A stretch of DNA of 64,000 nt from Marsupella aquatica. Lineage: Eukaryota > Plantae > Marchantiophyta. The notes under the pieces are model-generated. The model saw only the letters and a list, made by a program, of their open reading frames with translations, did no database searches and was not told the DNA's origin. Each line of letters opens with the position of its first letter. The stretch's first letter is position 1. The position numbers were made by a program, and so were the translations under genes. Of the stretch, positions 38,431 through 48,800 are shown piece after piece. Where the stretch lies: NCBI GenBank assembly GCA_973895155.1, contig OZ316893.1:28158210-28222209 (forward strand). Reading direction: 5' to 3'.

Positions 38431-41400
38431 CCCACCGGTGGCTATCCCGGAGAACCGGACATTGCTGCAGGAGGACACTCCAGCCCCTTCCAACGTTACG
38501 TCCCCAGGGCTGGATGTCACTGCCCCGGCCCCCGCGCGTGTTGACGTCTGCCCGTGCCGAACTCCGGACAGGCACAACCTGGACCACCCGGAACTCTTCG
38601 TACCGGGTACATTTCTGAACGGGCTTCTGGGAGATTTCTCTCATCAAATTTCCCGGGATACCGGGGAGTTCATGGCCCGGAAGGTAGCCTGTTTCTTCAA
38701 TCAGGAGTTGGTTGCTGTAGTAAAGGCAGGTCGGGCCCAGTCAGAGGCCCTTTAGAGGATAGAGCGGTACCGGGTGGAGTCCGTGTACCTAAAGAACGAA
38801 GTTGCGGCTCAAGAGGCTGAGCTTCGGCAACTACGACCCAAGGTTGCAGCCGCCGATGAGTTGTTAGCAAAGGCGCACGCTCTTACCGCCCTAGCCGAAC
38901 AGGCCAAAGCTGGGAACGAGGCTGAGATTACACGACTCCGGAACCAGATTGACAGTTTGAAGAATCAAACTGTCACCTAGCAGAAAGACCTGGAGGAGGC
39001 CGAGGAACGGGCCCAGCGGGACACGACGGAGATAGCCACGCTGCAGGCCGAGGTGGCGCGGCTCCAAACCGAGGCCGAGAAGCAGGACCAGCTGGCGGGT
39101 AAACTGACGAGCGATGCCCAGCAGCTGGAGGAGGCATGTCAGGAGGCAGCCGAGGAGACGGACGCGGCGAGGCGAGAGAACAAATCTCTGCTGGACCAGG
39201 TCCAGCTCCTCAAGGCGGACAATGACAGGCTTCGAAGGCAGCGGGATGGCCGCTCCCATTCAGGCGGCTCTGGCAAGCGTACCAGGCATTAGCAGCGGAG
39301 TAGGAATAGATTAGGATTAGGACTAGCTTAGTCAGGCTCTTGGGACAGGCACCTGCCTTAGGTACAGCAGCGCTGCCATGCTGTCCAGCCTGCGTAGATT
39401 AGGATCTTCTAATAAGACACAACCGTTTCCGGCCTGACTGTCAGCTCAGTTAGGACCTTAGTCAACGAATCTTCAGCGAGAGGACACCCCGTCCCTTGGC
39501 CCTTAGTATTTAGTGCACCCCTCGGTAGAGGCAGGGGGTTTTAGTTTCAGAGTTGGACGTCCGCGGTATGTGCGGGGAGTCCCGACCTCTGGGAATGAAA
39601 GAGTACCAAGGGGGGGGTAGGACTAAGCTCGTCGGGCGAGTGCGGAGCCGGGCTCCATTGTAGTGTGCACCCTCGGCCTTGAACCTGTTCATTCCGGGGC
39701 TGTCGGGTCAACTAAGTGTACGCATATGTTCCCTTTGTAGTAAAATCCTTTCCCATCATTTTCCTTCGTGTAAATCGAGATTGTATGCATGTGCACGTGT
39801 ATGTGTGTGGGTTTCTCGTATATGGGTGGCAGCGCCAGGCCGAACGCACTACCCGAGACGTGCACAGGGTGCAGCTTGTGGGTAAGTGGTTGCAAGCACG
39901 GGTTGAGGACCTGTATCATCGAATCCGGATCGAAGGCGGACAGCATGAAGGCTCAGAAGCCCTTAAGCCGGGGTCGATCCTGCTATCGACTAAGGTACGT
40001 TCCGGCGGCGGAACACAAACCATACCTAGGAGGTGTTCGTATTTAGCAGTATGCGCACTTAGCGCTAGTTTACGAGAATAAGGTGCATTACGTGCTTCCC
40101 TTCCTACCCGAACCCTCAGATTTACGATGGATGTGCCCGTCTAAGCTGAAGTCTGAGTTAAGGCCGAAGCTGACGACGTGACAAAGATCATTTGGTGTCA
40201 ATGCAGGATTCATCTATCTTCCTACTGGACTTAAACCTATGCTCATGGACCGTCGGGTTCCAAAGTGGAATGTACCAGACCACACAGTTCCCAATTCTTT
40301 CTTCAAAGTGATGGACCCTTTCCTTTCTGATGATGGCATGCTTGCGATCTTGTATTCAGATGACCATGACCAGGTCTTGCAGGTCATTTCAGCATGCCAG
40401 CAGTCAAAAAAGTTCCATTGTGTCAATTCTCACAATGTCGTCATGTCTATGCCCATGTACAGAGCAAAGACCGATATTCAGGTACAGATCATTGCATCTC
40501 TTGTTTATTGTTAGCGCCCGACACTAATTTAGTCTTTGCTGTAGTTCTCGAAACATTACCCGTCGGTTGATAATTTGAGCCAAACGTGTGCGATGCGTGT
40601 AGGTATTTACCCTTAGGCTAGACATATTTTGTCGGACTTCTTCAAAAGGAAGGTACCAAAGGATCCAAGGTTTAAGCCTCTATCAATAAGTGAAGATCCT
40701 TCAATCTCTAACTTGATTGGGCTCCCAACCTTGAAGACAGATCATTGCCTGGAGTTGGATTTTGCAAGGAACGCCTGTCTTTTGGTTGGTTTTATGGGGG
40801 TATTTACAAAAGACAGGAACCAAGAAACAATAACAAGAAACGGTTACTGTTACCAGGAGAATTGGAGGTAAAAACCAAAAACATTGGACCAAAAAAAGGA
40901 TTCCAAACAATCAAAACTAAAGCCCATTTGAGTCATTTTCATTAAAACCATCTAATTTCGAAGGAAATATCCCGTCGGGTAGTCCGACCCAAATTTGCGA
41001 TGATTACCAGCGCCCAGCGCTGGTATCAATGAAGCGAATAGAAAGCTGGTAGGGTTTCATAGAAGAAGGAAAAATCAAACAAAAATCTACGTAACCTCAA
41101 TCGAGAAGACAATGAGCGGCTGAAAATGAGGCAATTCAAATCAACAGAGGTAGGGTCATACAACAACAAAATCCGGATCTCATTGCTAGTTTAAACCTCA
41201 AAATCCCAAAATCCATGTTTAACGCCATCGAGAGGAAAACTAGACATTGGAGATTGAGCCGATCACAAATTCATTTACTTCAAAAATGGGCAAAAACATA
41301 TCACCGAGATTACATGGGCGACGGAAAGCAATGAGTATAAGTAGCGCCCGACGCTAGCTTAAAACTACAAATCCCGCCCTTCCATGTGTAACGCCATGGA

Positions 41401-42707
41401 GAGGAAAATGGGTCGATCCAAACAACATTTCCTATCAAAATGGGCGAAAACATATTACCCAAATTACCAAATCCTAACAAAACATTAAGTACTGAAAAAC
41501 GGATATGGAAAGCATCCAACTTTAGCAACGCTTGGCGCTAGCTTAAATATAGCTGCCTAGGAACCTAATCGTCGTAGGGTTGCACTCCAAAATAACCTAA
41601 GCGACTGTGATTGGAACACCTTTAGCTCTGTGATTGACAGTCATCATCGACTCCCGCCCTCGCCCGCTTGTAGTTTCTCTTGAATCCTAAACCCCGGAGC
41701 CAAATATAATTGGAAGAGGGAACTCGATGCTCAGCATGAGCTTGGCCAGGGCCCGCAAAATTTGCATCAAGGATGTCGACGCGCCCCAATCGCTCATGCA
41801 CACGATGTTCAATGGGCTGCTGACCATCAGCAGGAACGACTTGATGAAATGAGAACCGATAGTATAGATTAATTATGAGGGAGCTGAGCTTACTGTTGTG
41901 TCCATGTTGTAGGTTCTCACCAGTGAATGTTGGAGGTGAAACACTACACTCGGTATGTCGTTTTTTCCAGACTGCCATAACATATGTAGACCCCTCATGC
42001 GGGTGGCTACATGGATGTATGTTGTGGTGGTTTGGCTGGTTGGTTTGGTAATCCAGCAATTTGTACCCCCACCTGGAAAAATCATTGTTAGTCTTGAATC
42101 TATTGTACAGTATTGTAGGGGAAATGAGGAGGAGGTTTACTTTTTGGCAGATGAGTGTGAAGCCGGGTGTGAAGAGGATGATGAGGAATGTAGTAGTTTG
42201 CTACATGTTTTGCCATATGATTTAGTAGTCACAAATGTATGGCCTAGGGTTCTTTCCATGTCATCAGCATAGGACATTTGCCAATATCAACTCATTAGTA
42301 CCCAATGGAGGGACTTGGTAGCCATGTCCCCACAATGGCAGGCATTGAAACCACTACTTGTAGGCACAGATCGTAGACCACCATGGCATGATCTTGGGTT
42401 AGACTTAGATGACTTAATGTACCTGCCTGAGTACCTGAGGGTTGACTATCATCAAGCACAGGAGTGGTATTTGTACTGATCTGATAAGATTCACAGATCT
42501 GATATCACTGAGCTAGTGGAGTGGGATTCTATGACTATACACCATTGTATTCTGATATGGTCATGGATGTACGTGCAGAGTAGCCTAGAGGTGTGGAGTC
42601 CAGTGCTGGTACCATTAGAGTGGAGGATTGCAGTATCTAGAGAGCTTGCAGAGGTTGCAAGGTACGTGGGTCCTCTACATTCTGGCAAATTGAGTGGAAG
42701 ACATTGA

Positions 42708-43754
42708 TTGGATTGTCTTGAAGTGGCTGAAACAATGTTGAGGAACTTTTGTGGTAGTCAAGATGACTTGAATAGGAGGGATGATAAGTTATGGCGTCGA
42801 CAAACTGCAGCTTGTAGAGCTGCTGGGATGACAAAGATAAAATGTCCTTGCTACATTCGCAACTGTAGGGGTAATCGTGTGAGTCTAGGGACAGTCAAAA
42901 AGCACCTCATTCAGAATTCTCGCCACCCATCGCAAAGGTATTGGTGGGGAGAGGACTGTGACTCTTTTGATGATGAGTGGAATGCACGCTGCATGGAGGG
43001 GGATGGTGCATTTGAGGGCCCTATGGACAATGCAAGATGTGCAGAGGAACTTGCCAATGATATGGATTGTGGCATAGATATCCCTGGGATACTAGAGGAC
43101 TTGGCAATACCAAGTGAAACTGCTAATGCCAGTGAACCTGTCCAAGAAACCACTGTAGAGGAGCCCACTCTGCAGGAAAGCAAAGAGGGTCTCTTCAACA
43201 TGGATGATCTTCTGGAGGCGGATAGTACATCTGGAGAAGCAACACCTCAGATTTGGGACCAATAGGCAGAGGAGAAGATGATGCGAGCATTTGAAGAGGC
43301 GTGTGCCCCTTTGTATGAGGGGTCCACTACTTCCCAATTGTCATTTGTGTTGACATTTCTAAACACATGCCATAATCATGGTTTCACCAACTCTGGAGTT
43401 GATGAACTGCTTTCGTTGATGGGGAAACAATTGATGCCTGCTAAGAATCTGCTGCCTAAAAACCTGTATGCATGCAAGAAGCTGATCAGTCATGCTGGCT
43501 TGGATTATGTCAAAATTGATGCTTGTGAGGATGGATGTGTCCTATTTAGAAAGGAGCATGCTCATTGCAAAGAGTGTCCACTGTGCAAAAAGCCTAGGTA
43601 TAAGCAGGTTGGACAATCAAAGCAACCTGTGAAAGTCCTTCAACATTTCCCCCTCATACCCAGGTTGAAACGAATGTACAGGTGCAAGGCAATTTCAGAG
43701 TTGATGACATGGCATAAGGACAATAAAAGCACAAATGGAAAGGTCCGGCATGTT
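42708..43754 (+). pseudogene. N-terminal part of a second CACTA transposase, truncated by an insertion at 43755
   Basis: KIKCPCYIRNC...VKKHL, APLYEGS, KIDACEDGCVLFR..CPLC..RY, HFPLIPRLKRMY...MTWH. In-frame TAG at 43263. Confidence 0.85.
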
Positions 43755-44691
43755 TGTGGTGCGTCCCATGGCTCCCTAAACCCCAGAAACCCCCCTTCAC
43801 AAGCCGATTCCCGCAGGTTTTGCGCTTGGCGAGGCCGTTTTTGCGGCTTAGTGGCATGGGACGCTGCTAACCTCCTTCTACTACTACTATTAACATTTTA
43901 CACACATATACTGGACAGATCCTTCATCGGGTCATGAGATACGTAGCCGGCCTAATCTAGGCCTTCCCTTGTCTTCCCCTCCTTCTTGTTAGGTATATTT
44001 GGATTCCGCTGCCGGAATGATCCCCAATAGGCTTGGTTAAGCCGCTAAGACCTCTCTCAGCTCGACACATCCAACTCTCACTCCCTTGCTTACTTTCCTT
44101 CATCTATTAGTTGATGTGGGCACTCTTCACACAAGTTAATGCGACACACAAATAGCAAAATGACTCCTTCTGACTGAGTCATACCATGAACTTGCCATAC
44201 AAATAGTACATCTCATACACAAGCTCTGCGAACTAAGCCGTGAGGCCAACTCTATTCAGCTCTTAGGCATGAGGAAACATGAATATACACAAGGATCACT
44301 GTATGACTAGCCGAGAGCTTCTCTTACTACTTGATCCCAGCCCGGCTGGTGCAACTAAAAACTTGCTAAAGAAGAGGCCCTGAGCTCCCCGCTGCCCAGG
44401 TACTTATCCTGGTAGTGGATCCGCCTAATTCTTTGCAGCGTAAGCCTAATCTACCTAACTGAATCTACCTATGTACAGCGAGGCAGGAGTACAAGTGTTG
44501 CTCTTACCAGTGGAACCGCAATCCCACTAAGCTAAGTGTCAGGGCCGCCTCCTGGTCCTGATCCTAATCCTAAACTTAGAGATCTGAGCCCGCCCTGCCC
44601 ACTCACGCCTCCTCCCTCCACGTCCGCCCTCCTTGAAAGGAGCGGCCCTCCACCACCATCATGGCAGCGGTGTCTGTTCCTCAGTGGACGC
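43755..44691 (-). mobile_element. Terminal ~0.94 kb of a second copy of the 33717-38430 family, cut by the Gypsy insertion at 44692
   Basis: Near-identical to 33717-34670, starting at the same TGTGGTGCGTCCC terminus. Confidence 0.92.
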
Positions 44692-45240
44692 TGTCGTGAT
44701 TTTCTCTTAAGTTATAAAAAATTATTTGTTTTAATATGCTATAGGTTATATAAGTAATTTAGTAGTTAGATTATTAAATTTAAACTTTATTAAACTTCTT
44801 TAGCTATATTAACGGACTATAGTAGTTCCACCAATGCATATGAGTAGTTCCACCAACTACAATAATATTCACCAACGCATAGTAGTTCTACCAACGCACA
44901 GTAGGTCCACCAGCGCATAGTAGTTCTACCAACGCACAGTAGGTCCATCAACGCATAGTAGTTCCACCAACGCATGGTAGTTCCACCTACTAAAAGTAGT
45001 TTCACCAACTATGAACAGTACTAGCACACTCTTAGGTATTAGATGTTTGACACTTGGCCTTCATCCAAGTGCTTGGGCTTGATCCATGCCCTCTTGGTGT
45101 GCACTATAAATAAAGTGGTGAGGGGCACTCTCCCCTCATTCCGCAGTGTTTATCATTCAAGGTTGTGAAGCTCTTTTGTGCCTTGAACATAGTAGTGGGG
45201 CGTCCTTTGGCCCGGATAGCAAAGGAATAGGAGAGCCATC

Positions 45241-45456
45241 ATGAATCCAGGAGAGACAGTTATCCCTGATCTTCCCCTTCGTAATCCGTTTTTGATTAGA
45301 GTCCATCTTTTAGACAAACCATCTATGAGGCAACATCTAACCTATCATTTTGGAGCTCAGTTTGCAACTGCTGTTATGGTTTCTAACGAGCCAATAATGT
45401 ACCCAGTGGTGTCATACCGAGAGGAGTGGGAGTGCATCATCTTTGTCCTTTATTGA
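45241..45456 (+). CDS. 71-aa ORF inside the LTR (paralog 1)
   Basis: ATG-initiated and downstream of the LTR TATA. Similar in protein sequence to the next ORF. Confidence 0.45.
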   Translation: MNPGETVIPDLPLRNPFLIRVHLLDKPSMRQHLTYHFGAQFATAVMVSNEPIMYPVVSYREEWECIIFVLY

Positions 45457-45460
45457 AGTC

Positions 45461-45667
45461 ATGGATCTGAATATGAGTCCGGATGATATTCCTGTTTCAT
45501 TTTCTCTTGGAGATATTAGGATCATATGTCATAAGAAAACTAATTTTCATGATGTGTTGGTCCGCAAGTATGGTGAAGTAGGGTTTAACAGTATTTTAGT
45601 TTCACCTGAACCTTTCTTAATACCCACTACCCTTGTTACTAGAATTATCATTTTGATTTTAGTGTAG
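45461..45667 (+). CDS. 68-aa ORF inside the LTR (paralog 2)
   Basis: ATG at 45461, 4 nt after the previous stop. IRIICHKK..YG..ILVSPEPFLIP..IIILILV aligns with IRVHLLDK..FG..VMVSNEPIMYP..IIFVLY. Confidence 0.45.
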   Translation: MDLNMSPDDIPVSFSLGDIRIICHKKTNFHDVLVRKYGEVGFNSILVSPEPFLIPTTLVTRIIILILV

Positions 45668-45743
45668 AACTTATGAGCATGCAAGGTTAACTTCAAAAGA
45701 GCCAACATGCTCTTGCCAGAAAATACGGTCACCCGGACATAAG

Positions 45744-45761
45744 TGGCGACCATACTGGGGA
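45744..45761 (+). promoter_or_regulatory. Primer-binding site, tRNA-Arg-like
   Basis: TGGCGACCATACTGGGGA a few nt after the LTR end, resembling the TGGCGACTCTGCTGGGGA type of PBS. Confidence 0.7.
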
Positions 45762-45885
45762 ACCACTGGATTTGGAAGTTAGCTTGTGCATGTTTGAGTT
45801 CTAATGGATGAAGAGAGATATGGTTTTGGAACTTTGAGTTCTTAACTTGTTTATATTATTAAGTCAAGAGGGAAGAATTGCAATC

Positions 45886-48800
45886 ATGGGAACTGAGATG
45901 AATCCAACTGACATGGACAGGTTTTCATCCTTGATTGCTGCTTACTTACATGGAATGAAGGAGAAGGAGATGGAGGAGAACAAGAAGAAGGAGTTGCTTG
46001 GTAGGACCACGAAGTACCTACACTCGGTTCTTACCAAGCAAGGAGAATTTGATGGACGAAATATAACCAAGTATCTCAAGGGGTACTGGACGGAGGCTAC
46101 AATTCATAAGATTGATGCAGAAGTTGCAGTCAAGGAGTTTGTATCTTTAGTAGAACCTAAACTCAAGGGAATTGTTACTACCTTGATAGATGGAGCTACT
46201 GGGGAGAAAGCATGGAAGGTCTTTGAGTTGAAGATGAAAGAAGAATTTCAGCTTGAAGATCCAGATCGGGTTACTCAAGCATCTTTCCTTGATTGGGTGG
46301 CCGATAGAAGCAAGAAGTTGGGACCTCAAGAACTGATAAGGGAGTTTACGAAGAAGTTCAATCAGCTTCCTGAGATTGGTTCTGAAGTTATCAAGGTACA
46401 GAATACTACTTTACTTATCCGAGCTGCTGATGAGAAGCTTCAAGACGAGTTGGAGCTTGCTCTGGAATTGATGAACCCAAGTCGTGGAGCCAGTCCACCA
46501 ACTTGGGAGGAGATTGAGATTGCTGTGCTTAGGGTCAGCCAAAAGCATAGAAGAAAGAAGCTGTGTAAGTAGTGGGTAATTCCAAAAGCATGAAGAAACT
46601 GAAAATTTTTAAATTTTTTACGGTGTTTAGACTGCAATTATTGCTAACTGTAACTAAAACAGCATTCAAAGTTACTAAGTTCCTAAGTTACGAGTAAACT
46701 CAGTTTACGAGTTTACTAGTTCACTGCTTTACGAGTTACACCTTAAGATTTGGCGACTCTGTGATCGTGACATCTTACAACTAGTTCAACGGGACTCCAC
46801 AACGGATGAAGAGCTCACCTTGAAAGGGAAGGAATGCAAGACATAGGCGCTCATTACTGACTTCTCTTCCACCTTACCTCTCAAACTCTGCCCAGCTTCA
46901 ACCGGTATTTCAGAGATGTCAAATGGAGACTTCGACCCTTCTATTCCAGGATGATGAATAGTGATGAGTTTCTGCATCACTATCCCCAAGTATATGCTGC
47001 CACCTGCAACAACTATGATGTACTAGGGATATACAGAGAAGCTCTTCGTATAGATTCCTGTTATTTGATGAAGCGAATGCCTTTGATGTATCCTGAGAGA
47101 CAACTAAGGTGCCTACCCTACTCTCGAGGATCACCACGTCAGACTGAGCTGATGGAGGTAACACAGAATCGAACTGTCACCTACGTGGAGCTGCTCGAAC
47201 CCGATGATATTCGACAACAAGCTTGAAGGAGACTATCTTTTTAGCTAGTATTGAAAAGTATAGTACTTTTACCAATTTTTCTAAATGTGTTGTAGAGCTT
47301 TAAAAGCTATGAGACTTCTTTAGGCTGTAGTCTGTACCTAGGAAACCCTACTGGAAAAATTTCAGAGTTTTCCGAACCAGGAGTAGAAAGTTAAAAATAG
47401 TTGAATCTACTCAATTTTTAGTATACCGAAATTAAGAGTTTAAGAGTTTAAGTTTTTACGTTTTTAAGAGTTTAAGTTTTTAAGAGTTTAAGAGTTCATA
47501 CTTAGCCATTTTTTCCGGCTTTCCACTTATTGAATCGTCGTTTTGACTTTTTGAGGGTTATGAAGAGGCATGTCTCTTCGACCCTGTGACCTCTTATTCT
47601 GTAGTTCATCACTATTTATACCTCTTCCCCTAGTGTAGAGAGATGGTTAAGTTTTGCAGTTTTGCCTCTCCCTTGTGTTAAACTAGTTGATCATGAATCT
47701 ATGAGTTCGAGATCAGGTTTAACATTTGGAGAGACTTACCTCCTTCTTGTATTTTGGAACCCAAATACTTGAAGTAAAACCTCAGTTATGAATCTCGTGA
47801 ATTATAATGTCAGATTCCGCTTTGGTGACACATTGTAATCTCACAAGTTCTTAGAGTTAACTCATTGAGTTTAAGTTGCATTGGAAATGATGTTTTCACC
47901 TTCATGTTGCTTAGTACCATCTAAATGCTGAAGTATTTATCCTTTTAGATCTTGACTAAGTATCACTTAGGAAGAAAGGTCAAGACATGTTGCCGGCATT
48001 TTAAAAGGATACTCTAGTATGCAGTTTAGATCTGAAAAGCCGTGTGGATTTGGATTCCCTTTAAAGTCATTCCATTATTACTTATGTCTAAGGAGTAACC
48101 TTGGTCTATTCCAGACTCCCTTAAGCATACTCTGAGAGATTTTTCCTTGTGTTTTGTTAATTGCAATCTTTTGCTTAATTGAAGGGTATCTGATGTTGAG
48201 TTATCATCAAAAACTACTCACCGCTGTGGAGCGATCTTCAAAGTACCTGATTAAAGTAGTCAAGATTGATTACTATGTGTGACACAAGAGCTTAAAGCTT
48301 TGTTTTTAGTTTATTACATCAAACCAACCCCATCTTGTTCTTAAAGGGAACGAATACCGAGTTTGGAGACTTTAAAATGTGATTTTTGGTTCTCTATGGC
48401 AAACTACAAGCTGAGTCATGAAGGTGCTCTACATGCGGTTGCACCTGTGACTTCTATGAGGAGAATGGAGAAAATAGAGTCAACAACTGGTAGGGGTGAG
48501 AAAAGCATGGACAAAATGGATGTGTTATCTGAACTCATGAAAAATCTTACCATTCTTGCCACCCAAGCCTTCGAGCAGATGGGAGGAGGTGCATCAAGAC
48601 CAGCGTCAAGAGGTGGTCCAGGAGCCGGGAGTTCCATTGGCGGAGCAAGGAGTTGGAATTGTATTTGGTGTGATAGTAAGGAGCACTCAAGGCGTGAATG
48701 TGGGGAGCTTTCTGTTGCTCTGAGAGAGAGAATAGTCAAGTTCATTGATCATGATGGCATAAGAAAGCTTGCTTATCATGATTCAGGAGAACTTATTCCA

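Larger units (their letters stand above)
31907..39292 (+). pseudogene. Reconstructed ~888-codon ORF (PMD/plant-transposon-like domain plus C-terminal coiled coil), split by the nested insertion
   Basis: ORFs starting 31907, 32672, 33509, 38438, 38774 and 39053 form one frame once 33717-38435 is removed (KDP|PVAIPE). Four single stops at 32606, 33449, 38753 and 38978. Confidence 0.8.
31446..40183 (+). mobile_element. TG..CA solo-LTR-like unit (~4.0 kb without the nested insert) carrying one long ORF
   Basis: Starts TGTGAC and ends GTGACA. TSD AAGAT at 31441-31445 and 40184-40188. TATAAAA at ~31805. No gag/pol. Confidence 0.9.
28897..40868 (+). pseudogene. ParB/Srx-like (DGNHR) accessory gene of the MULE-like element, spliced, interrupted by the 31446-40183 insertion
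   Basis: IPMCRLLHMEVVR then FYVFDGNHRLYAW at ~29302-29340 (same frame through TAG stops). 372-aa exon at 29791-30909. Coding resumes after TSD AAGAT at 40189. Confidence 0.6.
12880..41560. mobile_element. MULE/SWIM-type DNA transposon with a divergent accessory gene; boundaries approximate
   Basis: The span is marked by ~17 copies of TAGCGCCWGGCGCTA (~13304 to ~41530). MULE-SWIM gene on minus and ParB-like gene on plus. No TIR or TSD found. Confidence 0.55.
10976..43754 (+). mobile_element. Canonical CACTA element: left TIR at 10976, probably continuing at ~41600-43754 after nested insertions; right end not in window
   Basis: CACTAGAAGAAAA terminus followed by ~1.9 kb of AT-rich subterminal DNA with CCACTACAAAT repeats. 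CACTA transposase at 42708-43754. Linking the two parts is inference. Confidence 0.55.
44692..45739 (+). mobile_element. 5' LTR of a Ty3/Gypsy element
   Basis: TGTC..GACA ends. TAGTTCCACCAACGCA tandem repeats at ~44818-45012. TATAAATA at ~45105. PBS directly downstream. Confidence 0.82.

Noticed and set aside
1-40183. 1-766 and 39423-40183 as the two LTRs of one giant ~40-kb retrotransposon
   Set aside because: 31446-40183 has its own TSD (AAGAT) and interrupts a gene. No PBS follows 766 and no gag-pol lies between, so these are independent insertions.
12860-41625. Exact TIR and 9-bp TSD for the MULE-like element
   Set aside because: I compared candidate ends near 12870 and 41550-41620 by eye and found no convincing inverted match or duplication.
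43278-43937. 219-aa ORF as a real protein (also 33509-33832 and 48363-48998)
   Set aside because: These are chimeric read-throughs across insertion junctions at 43755, 33717 and 48408.
33717-44691. 33717 and 43755 copies as paired LTRs
   Set aside because: 33717-38430 is flanked by its own TSD (CCCAC), and the intervening DNA belongs to other elements.
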